Notes: a model not told the origin generated them from the letters alone. Counted from the stretch's first letter, positions 12,321-24,750 are shown. The stretch is DNA of 64,000 nt from Takakia lepidozioides (GCA_030704615.1 CM060732.1:46562001-46626000); one strand, 5' to 3'. Numbers and translations: made by a program.

Positions 12321-15119
12321 ATGCTAAGTGATGGAATCAGACATGTATGAATTTGGTTCAAGGATACTAGCAAGTACCTCTACCGGTTCTGAACCTCAGT
12401 CAAAGCTTGGCACTGCCACACCTAAGGCAAAGTAATTATGCATAGAACTTGGTACGCAGAATGGAAGTGCTCAGAGATGGCTAGCCATTCCCAACCGCGC
12501 CAAAGATTTAAGCTAGAAACCCACATACCACGTACGATGACCCCTCCAGTAATGATTGCCTTTCCAAGTTCGTGAGAGATTAGTCCTCTCAGGCCAATGA
12601 TCAATTGGGTCTAAAAGCCTTGAGCTTCTGTGCCACTTTTAAAGGGAATTGATCATGCGGCAGTACAATGTCACCTTGAAAAGCATGATTGCTGGATCCC
12701 GATAGCTCATCGACTAGGTCATGCGACGAAGGAGCAGACACAATAAAGCCCCTAGATTACAGAATCCTCAAAAGCACAACACCCACTCCTTACGCAAATA
12801 GAGTGAGTTCCCACGAGTAAATTGAATCGCACGAAACCACATGTGTAGCTCCTAGCGAACAAACGGAGAGAATTACACTCAAACCTAATTACCTGAATGC
12901 AACGCCATGACAACACAGGAAGCGGTTCTCCAGGTGAAAGCCTAAATTTTGACCTTAGTGAGAGCTCACTTTCAATAACACGATAAACCTCTCCTACCAA
13001 AGTCACAAGATCACTAATCCAACATGAACCACGAGCTCTTTCGGCAATAGAGATTTAGGAATGTCAGCACAGAAAGAAAAGAAAAAAAAAGAAAAAAAAA
13101 TGGACGCGCTGCCGAAGCAAGCGTAACTTATGGTGTCACTTGACCCAGATGGACACCTTTGTAAGAACCAACAGGGTGGTTTGGACCCACAACCACTTCA
13201 ACATATAAACAAGTTTTGAAACGTTCAACCAATCATAATCGTAAGCCTTAAGCTCTAGCTGTTCATTCTCAAAGGCCCGAGCTTCCTCAATCTAAGCTTT
13301 GTCGTCAACAGCCTCAGCTGACCAATATCCCTCAGGTTCAAAGAAGTAATCAAAATCATATTTGTATGCAAGGTCCCCACTTGGGATAGTGCCTGGGTTC
13401 AATGAAGCACTGAGCTTCTTGCAAAGAATAAGCCCCTTTCAGTGAATCACCCTCTTTTTTTTTGCTCAAATCACAAAGAAAAGCCAAAGCCATTGCATAG
13501 AAAAACCAAATAACAAAGTGAGCACTAAGGAAACACTGTAAGTGACAGAACCGTCGCCATTGCCGCACGTTATCACATAAGGTGCACGCAGAGCTCAAAT
13601 CCAAAACAGACAGCCGCCACCATGCATTCAACCACAAACCTCGACATTCATGCAAATCTATCTGACGCTCTCCACCACGTTTTGAGCATTGATGGTATTC
13701 TCCTGTCCTCACAGGAAATAGCTCTTAGAAAATTAAATCAGGGGCATGATAACTTGGAAGAACGTGCGATCAGGCAGAGACAGAGGTACACGCAGAGGAT
13801 TCGCCAGCAGGGTAACGAACATCAAGCACTTGAGCACAAGGAAACATCCATAGAGTAGAATCTGCACACAAACCTACTCTTGTACACCAAGTTGTACATA
13901 CGAAAATGGTCTCTTTACTCACGGAGAGAGTGATCATATACCTCAAACCCTAGGTTGGGATCAGCCATGACCTGACAATATATCACAAGTCAACCAAATT
14001 CCCTTGCATCCTAGCCATTGAAGCATGAAAGGCTGGAATGCAGCCAGCTTCACTTAGGGTTAGCTATACATAATATGGGCCAAACAAGGTATAACGGCCC
14101 AACGCCGTCTTCTACTAAATGCTGAGGATGAACTCTGGCAGATGAGTGGCAGATACATAATGATAAAGCAAATTCTAAGGCTAGGGGATTATAGGGCATC
14201 ACAGGTTCACTACAACAAATTGGGGAAATCCACCCCCACAAAATTCACATACACCCCTCCCAAATTTTAGGTATTTTACTTTGAAATTTCCAGAGATCAC
14301 CTTCTATGTGCCGTTAATTGTGAATTTGGAGGCCATTCACCCAAGAGAAATATGGATATTGGAAATTTTTCCATGGTCAAACCATTTTTGGTCATGTAAT
14401 TTTCATTTGGGTTCCAATTTCTGTCATTTCTTTTCGTTATAATCTCCCATTTGCAACCGTCACTACACCGTTTGGGGGGGGTGGGGGGTTTAGCGACGAT
14501 ATCCGGCAATTTCGGGGTCCGCGGTACGCAACGCAGTTAGGTCGTCGCATATGCACGACTTAAGACGACGCCCGGGGGGAGGGGGAGGGTTGCACATCCA
14601 ACCCCCCCTGAAAATCCCCACTAATGACGCCCATGCATCGCAGCGACTGCAATGCCCGGGGCGTCGCGATAGCGATACAGACGCACAAAAAAAAAAAAAA
14701 AGAAAAAAAAAAAACCGTCGTTATTTAGAAGCGACGCCCTCGGGGTCGCTTTTTGAGTTTTCTTTTTTTTAATTTTGAAAAATGACGGGATCCACACAGT
14801 TCAAAAGATGGCGGGACACATATTTGCCACGTAGTTGCAACATCGAATTAATGTCAAACCCATGAGCATGTGTTTGCAAGTAGCCGACACAAATCGAGTT
14901 CCTAAATCATTCAACGTGTTATTAGGCAAATTTGAACTAAAGACCTCGAGATTATACACATAGTAAGACACTTCACATTAACCGACATACCAGTTACAAA
15001 ACTTACACACAAACACATGATTTAATTGTACACTAGGGCTTCGCGTTGCTGCGCACTACTAGCGACGACTTCTCAAAACCTCGGGGAGGTCACTCCCTAT
15101 CTAGTTTCCCAGGCACGTG

Positions 15120-15720
15120 AGGCAAACAGGCATTTTCTATGGGGGTATTAATTTTATTTTCTGAATTTTTGGCCACCCTATTATTACATAATGTTGTAAT
15201 ATGGCATATTTTCTTGCAAGCTATATTATTTATATTTTATAGCAGGTAACAAATATTGGGCACCCTATATTAATTTGAAAATTTAAAAAAAAAAAACATT
15301 ATGGGGTTGCCATCATTCCCCTCTCAATCTACGCTTTTTCACTGTCACGCCCTGCAAGCTTCAAAACCTGTGGGCCACAATGCTTGTACCACTGAGCGGA
15401 CCACCATTTTTCTCTGCTTGTCTAGCACAATGGCGCCACGAATTGCAGCCGACAGGAGAGAGGGAAGCCTAGGGTTGTTGTGCACATGCGTCTACGCCCT
15501 CTCCGCTGCATGTCCCGAACTGCTTGTCACTGAACGACACGTGTCCCTTTAATTTCTCTCCACCCTATATTAGTTTTAATATTTTTGGGAAATACGTCTT
15601 TATTTTGGACCCTATTTTAATTTAAATGTGGTGCCGCCAATATATTGATACCCTATAGTATTTCTAAATGTATTCTAAATTTTTTTTTCTCAGAATTTTC
15701 GGCACCCTATATTATTTTGC
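15120..15720. repeat. AT-rich segment with dispersed (G/C)ACCCTAT repeats, likely a DNA-transposon subterminal region
   Basis: CACCCTAT/ACCCTAT recurs at ~15175, 15261, 15561, 15609, 15649 and 15703. Confidence 0.4.
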
Positions 15721-15790
15721 ACGTCAAGTGGTAATATTTGGAAGTGACCTCCCCTTGCTCAGAATAACGTCCGGATAGATGGGCTATATT

Positions 15791-16140
15791 CACTACAACA
15801 TATCGCGGTATATCTGACTGCCGAGCCGTGATAGTCATGGTTTTTCTGTCTTTGACCATGACTTCCGTGTATTTTTGGACCAAATAGGGCTTCACGTAGT
15901 CGTTGAAATGACTACGTGACTACGTAGTCATTTGGGCGACTACTTTGGTAGACGTCGTCATAACTGCATGGCTCCGCACTAGACGGATGGTTGGTCAACG
16001 ATGGTTGACCAGCGCAAACTCACCACCAAGTAGTCGTTGGAATGACTTCTAGTGCAAGCCTGGTAGCCAAAAGGTTTTTTTTAAAAAAAAAGTTGCCTAT
16101 AGGGTTGCCTATGAGAGGGCTGGGACTTAGTTTTCTTTTT
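15791..16140 (+). mobile_element. CACTA left terminus
   Basis: CACTACAACATATCGCGGTATATCTGACT matches the terminus at 5442, followed by ATGACT/GTAGTC subterminal repeats. Confidence 0.7.
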
Positions 16141-16419
16141 CTTTTTCTTGCGGTTTCCGAGTATTGAGTTGTTGTGTTGTGTCATGGACCTGTCATGGAA
16201 CGCAATGATCGCAGGATAGGGGCGTGGGATGGAGGCTTTGCTATTCTTGAGCTACTGATGCATGAATGGGCGAACCGCAATGGGCTCTTGGCTCCTGTTA
16301 GTCCCATGATTTGGTATTCTTCCTGATGTTTACAAGGTTCTTGGGAGAGACAGCTTGGTCTTAGCAGTCCGTGTTTCAATCGACGCCCGCTCCTGGCTGC
16401 ACCGTGGTGGTTCTCACAA

Positions 16420-17940
16420 ACCAATCCGACATTACTGACTACAGACACAAGCAACACACACAAGAGGTCCTATTGTGTTCATGGTCAGTCAAATCCTCCA
16501 TGGGTCATGACACAAGGTCGAGGACAATGTGGTGAGGGCATCTTCTTCTTCGACCTATTTCAGCCTGTTTTGACCTCTCATCAGACTCGGCCCTAAATTT
16601 CTACATGATGGTGGGACAACCGCAATCACAAGGTGTGGTTTTTTCTTAATGTATCATGTAAAGATATAAGTTAGTCCATCCTGCAAATGTGGGCTCTTGG
16701 CTCCTGTTATGATTTGGTATTCTTCCTAATGTTTTTGAAGGTTCTTGGGAAAGTCAGCTTGATCTTAGCAGGCCGCGTTTCAATCTCTGTTGTGGAAATC
16801 GCAGCAACAACGACACAATTAACAAAATCAAGCACAACTACTCAAGGCACCTTCTTCAACACATTTCACCCTGTTTTCCCCTCTTATCAGAATCGGCCCT
16901 AAATTGGTGAGGGCATCTTTTTCTTCAACCTATTTCAGTCTGTTTTGCCCTCTCATCATTAGGGTTGGGGTGTTTGCTAGAGGAGGGCCAGATTTCAAGC
17001 ACAAGATTACTTATGATTCCATGTGGATCCATTGCTACAAGAAACCTGCATGGGTAGATAGTGAACTGGAAGCCACAGCAGCAGCGGCACAATTGATAAA
17101 ATTCGGCACTGCTAATGAAGGCAACATTTTTCAACACATTTCACCTTGTTTTTCCCTCTTATCAAAATCGGCCCTAAATTTTCACGTTCAATTTCTGTAA
17201 GTTATTGGTTGAGTGAACCTTTGATAGTTTGCAATGCGTGTGCAAGCCTGGCAGCTTTGAAGAAGGGCAAAGAGGTCCATGGCGACATTGTCAGAGCTGC
17301 AATTGTACCACATGTCATTCTGAACAATACCCTCGTGGACATGTATGAAGGGAGTGGTTGACAGGATGGCTGAACAAGATGTGGGTGTTGCAGCATGGAT
17401 GCGGGATGGAGGCTTTGGAGACCTATGAGCAAATGGTGTGGGAAGGGGTGAAGCCCACATCACCTTTATTTGTGTCTGCAATGCGTGTGCAAGCCTAGCA
17501 GCCCTGGAGAAGGGCAAAAAGGTCCATGGTGATATCATCAAAGCGGGAATTGAACCAGAACACAACAATACCATCGTGGACATGTATGCCAATTGTGGGT
17601 GCATTGAGGATGCAAAGGGAGTGTTCAATAATATGACTGAAGAAGATGTGGTGTCTTGTAACGCCATGATCGCAGGATGTGCACAACTTGGGCGCGGGAT
17701 GGAGGCTTTGGAGACTTATGAGCAAATGTTTAGAGAAGGGGTGAAGCCCAACCACATAACGTTTGTTTACGTTTGCAATTCGTGTGCAAGCCTGGCAGCC
17801 CTCAAAAATGGAAGAGGTCCATGGTGCCATCATCAAAGCTGAAATTGTGGGACAACCGCTATCCAAGGTTGTGCCTTTTTCTTAATGTACAATGTGAAGA
17901 AGTTTGTCCATCCTCCATGGATCATGAGACAAGGTCGGGG
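16420..17940 (+). pseudogene. Scrambled PDF-motif exons + PLS PPR fragments
   Basis: Contains a PDF variant NPTL(P)DYRHK..VHGQSNPPWV (16420-16530), WWDNRNHK|GT (16609-16632), RGGPDFKHKITYDSMWIHCYKKPAWVDSEL (16978-17070) and PPR text ITFICVCNACASLAALEKGKKVHGDIIKAG..NTIVDMYANCGCIEDAKGVFNNM (17438-17842). Confidence 0.8.
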
Positions 17941-20900
17941 ACAATTGGTGAAGGCACATTCTTCTTCAACCTATTTCAGCCTGTTTTGCCCTCTCATCAC
18001 GCTCAGCCCTGAATTTGCATATTGAATTCTGTAAGTTAGCTCGTAGGGTGGTTTTGTGGTGGTTTGTAGTGAGGGCACCTTTTTCTTCGACCTGTTTCAG
18101 CCTATTTTGACCTCTGATCATGCTCAGTCCCTGAATGAGCTTGATGATGAGGGAAAAACAGGCTGAAACAGGTCGAAGAAGAAGGCGCTCTCACCACAAA
18201 CCACCACAGATCCACCCTACAAGCTAACTTACAAAATTCAATATGCAAATTCAAGGCTGAGCCTGATGATGAGGGCAAGACAGGCTGAAACGGGTCGAAG
18301 AAGAAGGCGCCCTCACCACAAACCACCACAGATCCACCCTACGAGATAACTTATAGAATTCAATATGCAAATTCAGGGCTGAGCCTCATGATGAGGGCGA
18401 AACAGGCTGAAACAGATCAAAGAAGAAGGCGCCCTCAACACAAACCACCACAAATCCACCCTACGAGCTAACTTACAGAATTCAATATGCAAATTCAGAG
18501 CTGAGCCTAATGATGAGGGTAAAACAGGCTGAAACAGGTCGAAGAAGAAGGCACCCTCACAACAAACAACCACAGATCCACCCAACGACAGGCTGAAACA
18601 GGTCAAAGAAGAAGGCGCCGTCACCACGAACCACCACACATCCACCCTATGAGCTAACTTACATAATTCAACATGCAAATTCAGGGCTGAGCCTGATGAT
18701 GAGGGCAAAACAGGCTGAAACAGGTCGAAGAAGAAGACGCCCTCACCACAAACCAGCATAGATCCACCCTACGAGATAACTCATAGAATTCAATATGCAA
18801 ATTCAGGGCTGAGCCTGATGATGAGGGCAAAACAGGCTGAAACAGGTCGAAGAAGAAGGCGCCCTCACCACAAACCACCACAGATACACCCTACGAGCTA
18901 ACTTACAGAATTCAATATGCAAATTCAGAGCTGAGCCTGATGATGAGGGCAAAACAGGCTGAAACAAGTCGAAGAAGAAGGCGCCCTCACCACAAACCAC
19001 CACAGATCCACCCAACGACAGGCTGAAACAGGTCAAAGAAGAAGGCGCCGTCACCACAAACCACCACAGATCCACCCTCTGAGCTAACTTACAGAATTCA
19101 ATATGCAAATTTAGGGCTGAGCCTGATGATGAGGGCAATACAGGCTAAAACGGGTCGAAGAAGAAGGCGCCCTCACCACAAACCAGCACAGATCCACCCT
19201 ACGAGATAATCATAGAATTCAATATGCAAATTCAGGGCTGAGCCTGATGATGAGGGCAAAACAGGCTAAAACGGGTCGACAAAGAAGGCGTCGTCACCAC
19301 AAACCACCACATATCCACCCTACGAGCTAACTTACAGAATTTAATATGCAAATTCAGGGCTGAGCCTAATGCTAACTTACAGAATTCAATATGCAAATTC
19401 AGGGCTGAGCCTGATGATGAGGGCAAAGCAGGCTCAAACAGGTGAAGAAGAAGGTGCCTCACCACAAACCACAACAAATCCACCCAACGTCAAGCTGAAG
19501 CAGGTCAAAGAAGAAGCCGCCCTCATCACAAACCACCACAGATCCACCCTACAAGCTAACTTACAGAATTCAACATGCAAATTCAGGGCTGAGCCTGATG
19601 ATGAGGGGAAAACAGCTGAAACAGGTCGAAGAAGAAGGGGCCCTCACCACAAACCACCACAGATCCACCCTACGAGCTAACTTACAGAATTCAATATGCA
19701 AATTCAGGGCTGAGCTTGATGATGAGGGCAAAACAGGCTGAAACAGGTCAAAGAAGAAGGCGCCCTCACCACAAACCTCCACAGATCCACCCTACGAGCT
19801 AATTTACAGAATTCAATATGCAAATTCAGGGCTGAGCCTGATGAGAGGTCAAAACAAGCTGAAACAAGTCGAAGAAGAAGGCGTCATGACCACAAACCAC
19901 AACAAATCCACCCAACGACAAACTGAAATAGGTCGAAGAAGACGGCGCCCTCACCACAAACCACCACAGATAAACCCAACGAGCTAACTTACAGAATTCA
20001 ATATTCAAATTCAGGGCTGAGCCTAATGAGAGGGCAAAACGGCTGAAACAAGACGAAGAAGAAGGTGCCCTCACCACAAACTAGTACCACAGATCGACCC
20101 TACAAGCTAACTTACATAATTCAGTATGCAAATTCAGGGCTCAGCCCGATGAGAGGGCAAAACAGGCTGAAAAGAGGGCAAAAGTGCAGGTTGAAACAGG
20201 TCGAAGAAGGAGGTGCCCTCACCACAATCGACCACAGATCCACCCTACGAGCTAACCTACTGTCGTTGGGTGGATTTGTTGTGGTTTGTGGTGAGGGCAC
20301 CTTCTTCTTCGACCTGTTTCATCCTGTTTTGCCCTCATCATCAAGCTCAGTCCTGAATTTGCATTATTGAATTCTGTAAGTTAGCTCGTAGGGTGGATCT
20401 GTGGTTGTTTGTGGTGAGGGCGCCTTCTTCTTCGATCTGTTTCAGCCTTTTTGCCCTCATCATCAGGCTCAGCCCTGAATTTGCATATTGAATTCTGTAA
20501 GTTAGCTCGTAGAGTGGATCTGTGGTGGTTTGTGGTGAGGGCGCCTTCTTCTTCGACCCGTTTCAACCTATTTTGCCCTCATCATCAGGCTCAGCCCTGA
20601 TTTTGCATATTGAATTCTGTAAGTTAGCTCGTTGGGTGGATCTGTGGTGGTTTGTGGTGAGGGCACCTTCTTCTTCGACCTGTTTCAGCCTGTTTTGCCC
20701 CTCATCATCAGGCTCAGCCTTGAATTTGCATATTGAATTCTATAGGTTATCTCGTAGGGTGGACCTGTGGTGTTTTGTGGTGAGGACGCCTTATTCTTCG
20801 ACCTATTTTAACCTGTTTTGCCCTCTCATCAGGCTCAGCCCTGAATTTGCATATTGAATTATGTAAGTTAGCTCGTTGGGTGGGTCTGTGGTGGTTTGGA
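17940..20900. repeat. 122-bp satellite array with 64-bp deletion monomers and two orientation switches
   Basis: Monomer starts at 18701, 18823 and 18945 (period 122). Short 64-bp variants end at ~18588, 19018, 19488 and 19918. Orientation flips at ~18137 and ~20260. Confidence 0.95.
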
Positions 20901-22900
20901 GATCTCATGTTGATCTATAACCCTACTTGGCTGTGTCTTCTTTGTATACAGCCTAGGGTCTTTCTCGCTGTCATCACCTATCCTGCAAAAAGATAAGTGT
21001 TCTAACCCTACCCTTTCTGTATCACACCTGTCTTTCTTTTTTTCATTTGCAGTAGCAAGGGCAGTCACTCTCATGCTTGCTACTTTAATCAAAGGCCGAT
21101 CTACACATGTCTTTGTAATTCTTGGTGTCACTGTTTGATCACTTCTTTGCACAGGTGCAGATCCTACTTGCCGACTATTCTTCTTGGTGCTCTGTTCCCT
21201 TGTCCACAGCCCTTCAGGTATGGTAGCCATCAAATTAGCTGAGTTATCAAACCTTCTCTGGTCTTGATTCTGGTTCTTTGTTCCAGCATCACTTTCACCA
21301 AGATTGACTGTCTCCTCATCTTTTGTCTTGGCCTTCTCCATCACCACTACTCGCAATAATAACCCTTCCTTTGTGTGTAATGCAGGGATGGCCTGATGTC
21401 CACTCTCCTCACTTTGAAAGCCAAAAAGGCTTGCTCCATGGATCCTTTTTTTCAGCTAGGTTTTTGCTTGCTCCATCACTCCATCTTTTCACATCTGTAG
21501 ACTGAAACTGATTCCTCTCTTGATGAACTCGGACATTTGGCGGCACGCAGCTACCCTCATTGTCTTTGCTACATTCAAAATAGCTAAGTCTTCTGATGCC
21601 TTCCCTTGATCATGCTCATCCTTGCTGGTTTGTTTGTTCTGTTGTTGCTTGCTTCACAGATGCTTGCCCACTTCAACCAACACTGTCCCTCTTGTGGGCA
21701 CAGCTTGGCTTGCAATGCTTGAGCCTGCCTTGCCTTCCCTTCATCATTTTTCTTTGTTTTCTCACGCCACGGTGCTGCCTTTGCTTGTAGGTTTCTGTCT
21801 TCCTCACTGTCTTCAGATAGCCTGAAAAAAGATAAGTAATCTGTCTCCCCACTCTTGTTTTCCAGCTCAACTTCAGCTTCAGTAGCTAATGTTGTCTCTC
21901 CCTTGTCCACTGTCTCCCACATAGGCTGTTCTTTTTGCAATCTTGCCTCCCCTGTCCCTATCTGATCCTCTCGTGTGTAATGTGCAGGGTTCTTTTGCTT
22001 GGGTTCTTTAGTTTCCCTTCCATGTGTTGCTCCATTGTCCATGTCTCCTCTCCCTTTTCAGACTCGAAAGCTAAGCTCTCACCAAGTTCACTCTTCGTTG
22101 TTTTTTGTTTGGACACTTGAAGATCTTCAACTTGTGGGCTGGTTTGCTGCACAACAGCCACAACCTTTCTGTCTTCACCATGCTAAAAAATAGTTAAGTC
22201 TGATTGCTTCCCTCGATCATGCTCACCCTTGCTTCTTTGTTCGCACCTGCTGCTCTTCTGCTGCTGTTTGCTTTATGGCTGCATTCTCTTCTCAGCCACC
22301 ACTGCTTTTCTTGTGGCCACAACTCGTCCTTCCTTGCTTTCTCACCCAATTGTGGTCCTTTTGCTTGTAGGTCTTGTTCACTTTTTCTGTCTTCAGCCAG
22401 CCTGAAGAAAGATATGTCGTCCTTCTCCTTTTCTTTTCATTTGATCCTGTCTTTCAGCTCACCCTCAACTCCAGTGATAGACTCCATCTTCCCATACCTT
22501 CATAGATCAAGCCAAAGGCGACACCGCCTCTAAGCCTCCATTACTTTTGTCAGTAGCACCTCATCAAGCTCCCCTTGCCCTTAATGAATCGTCCTGCAGC
22601 ACTCCCTCTCTTCAAATCTTTGAAACAATCACTGCACTGCCTTCCTTTGCCTGGCTTGAGCACAAATTGCCAAGCAGTTCCCTGCACGATTATCCTCCAG
22701 CAAGCCCTAAGCTACCCATTCACCATAGCAGCGACGACACCGCCTCTACCACTCTGGCAGCTGCACTGGTTACAATGTTGCCACCCTTCACTCCTTACTA
22801 CTGCTGATCGAGAGATGTTCAAGGTGATTCTAAGACAAGCGGAACGCACTAAGTTACCCTCCATGCGCAGCCTTGCTCATTCTCCTGCTCGCAGCATCTG
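20900..22900 (-). other. Degenerate, internally repeated charged coding-like sequence of unknown (probably TE) origin
   Basis: Three related blocks (LSFCRIGDDSEKD, LSFFRLSEDSEED and a third near 22380-22420). Bases 21580-21900 are similar to 22190-22480. Broken by stops. Confidence 0.35.
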
Positions 22901-22929
22901 CAGGGCATCCCCGACATTGCATTTCCTAC

Positions 22930-23290
22930 ATGGATGAACTTCGTTCATTTCTGGATAAAATGATCATACAGGTAATGACTTAATGATTCTCATCCTGACC
23001 ACGGTCCTTCATCCTCGTTCCTGTGAGTCACCCAGTAAGCATGGATGTAATCCGTTCATCCTCCGGATGAAATACGTCTGGTCACGACTGAGCCACTTTC
23101 ATCTTGGCTAAGTATGATCACAGTGTGCCCATGAAATAACCTGTAGGCAGGGATGAATTCCGTCCATAGCATGGATGAAATAAATTTGCGAGACACTTAA
23201 AAGTTTTCATCCTGGCCAAGAGTTCCCCATCGTTCCCATGATGCAACCTAGAAACATGGATGGAATGAATCACAGGGACAACTCAACCTA
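22930..23290. repeat. Cluster of GGATGAA/TTCATCC motifs in both orientations, resembling a TE subterminal region
   Basis: The motif recurs repeatedly within ~350 bp in both orientations. Confidence 0.45.
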
Positions 23291-23390
23291 TTTTCACACA
23301 GGTACCAAGGGCCCTTCCTTTGTAGAAATGCAGAATCTCAGTGAGTAACAACAAAAATTTCAATGTCACTCCCCTGCATTCACACTACAA

Positions 23391-23600
23391 GAGGGCAAAA
23401 CAAGCTGAAATAGGTCGACGAGTAAGGTGCCCTCACCACATTGTCCTCGACCTTGTGTCTTGACCCATGGAGGATTCGACTGACCATGAACGCAATAGGA
23501 CCTCTTGTTTGTGTTGTTTGTGTCTATAGTTAGGTAATGTCGGATAGGTCTGTGAGAGCGGCCGCGGTGCACTCGAGCAGGTAGAGATTGAAACACGGCC
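23391..23600 (-). pseudogene. Isolated PDF-variant exon plus the start of the satellite-homologous segment
   Basis: An acceptor CTCACAG is followed by TYPTLPNYRHKQHKQ../CVHGQSNPPWVKTQGRGQC and then GTGAGGGCACC. It is an inverted homolog of 16370-16580. Confidence 0.7.
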
Positions 23601-23899
23601 TACTATCACGATGCTTTGGCACTAAGAAGAAGACGCAGACCCCAAAAAATGCTAAGCCCCAGTCCTGCACTCTGCGACCTAGCAACCCTAAATTCGAGCC
23701 AACCTTTTGAAATTTTTGAACGTTTTGCACCCTAACAATATATAAAATAATTCTATATTCCATGTTAATATGTGAAGGTATTTTTAGCTTTATATATTTG
23801 TATATATAAACATATTCATAGTCATTAAATGAGTAGTTAATTACTAATATATATTTCAAAACACATGAATTTAAAATATAATTGTGGAGTTTAAAATAA

Positions 23900-24372
23900 A
23901 TCACCAATAAGTCCACGTCACCCTCGAAGTCATATCATTTGCAGCCGTTAGATGCACTTGCATCCAATACACCACAACATTTCAACCATGCGAGCAATGA
24001 TATGTAGACACGTTGTCATTTGCTGTCACATCCTTGTTCTATTTCATCCATTTATCTTTGCATTTTCCACATAGACATTCCTTGGGCAACCAGCAATCGT
24101 CACATGTAGTCGTGAATACTAACAGTCATACATTGTAATGTCCATGTCATCATACTGTAGTTTTGGCCATGACTCGTAATCGTATCTACCATCTCAATCT
24201 ATCTGGTCAAATGTGTTTGACCGCAGATCCTGACGTGGCGGAGGCACACAGTGGCATATACGTCTTCTGGTGGTCACAATTGACATCCAAAACCGTCCCC
24301 TTGCATTTTGTAGATATATATGCTACGACTGGGCAAATGTGGCAGACGTTAAAGCCGAGATCTGTTGTATTG
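23900..24372 (+). mobile_element. CACTA right terminus
   Basis: Ends in CCGAGATCTGTTGTATTG; its reverse complement CAATACAACAGATCTCGG matches the CACTACAACA(A/T)ATCGCGG left ends. GTAGTC/AGTCAT subterminal motifs precede it. Confidence 0.6.
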
Positions 24373-24560
24373 GTGGTAGTGGTGCCCCGCACATAGTGGT
24401 AGTGGTAGTGGCACCCCTCACTAGTGGTAGTGTTGCCCCGGACATAGTGGTAGTGGTAGTGGCACCCCTCGCTAGTGGTAGTGGTGCCCCGGACATAGTG
24501 ATAGTGGTAGTCATCATGGTAGTGGTAGTGGCACCCTCACTAGTGGTAGTGCTGCTCCGC
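24373..24560. repeat. 51-bp minisatellite (~3.5 copies) rich in TAGTGG
   Basis: Units start at ~24374, 24425 and 24476. Confidence 0.8.
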
Positions 24561-24589
24561 ACATAAATCCTATGTCTCCCATGTCTCAT

Positions 24590-24750
24590 TCCTCAGGAGC
24601 AGGAGGTGGACCCTCGGGCCTTGGAGCTGGTACCACCTGAGTTGTGGCCATAGCAGCAAGCCTTTGCTCTAGCTGCTAAAGCCGGTTGGCCATGCCTTGG
24701 TCAACACCCTGATCTCCATGTCCCTGGCCATGTTGAGCTCGCCCTTGGCC
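24590..24750 (-). mobile_element. Second copy of a gag-relic segment
   Basis: Clearly similar to 10510-10660 (AGGTGGACCCTC..GGAGCT..CACCTGAGTTGTGGCCAT..TTTGCTCTAGCTGCT..GGTTGGCCATGC). Confidence 0.65.

Noticed and set aside
14470-14790. GC-rich GCGACG/CGTCGC palindromic patch with G and C runs; similar CCTTAC/GTAAGG patch at 57317-57560
   Set aside because: These are probably MITE remnants, but I could not define TIRs or TSDs.
250-17940. Functional PPR-DYW editing factor
   Set aside because: Every PPR stretch has stops, frameshifts or TE insertions, and no E/E+/DYW (HxE..CxxC) domain was seen.
17940-20900. CRISPR array or protein-coding repeat ORFs (GEGAFFFDLFQPVLPSS...)
   Set aside because: There are no unique spacers and the context is eukaryotic. 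The 122-bp period is not a multiple of 3, so the ORFs are satellite artefacts.
24373-24560. 5' LTR of the DNMT-Gypsy
   Set aside because: It shares only a TAGTG flavour with the 3' LTR. It is a 51-bp minisatellite with no colinear match and no PBS.
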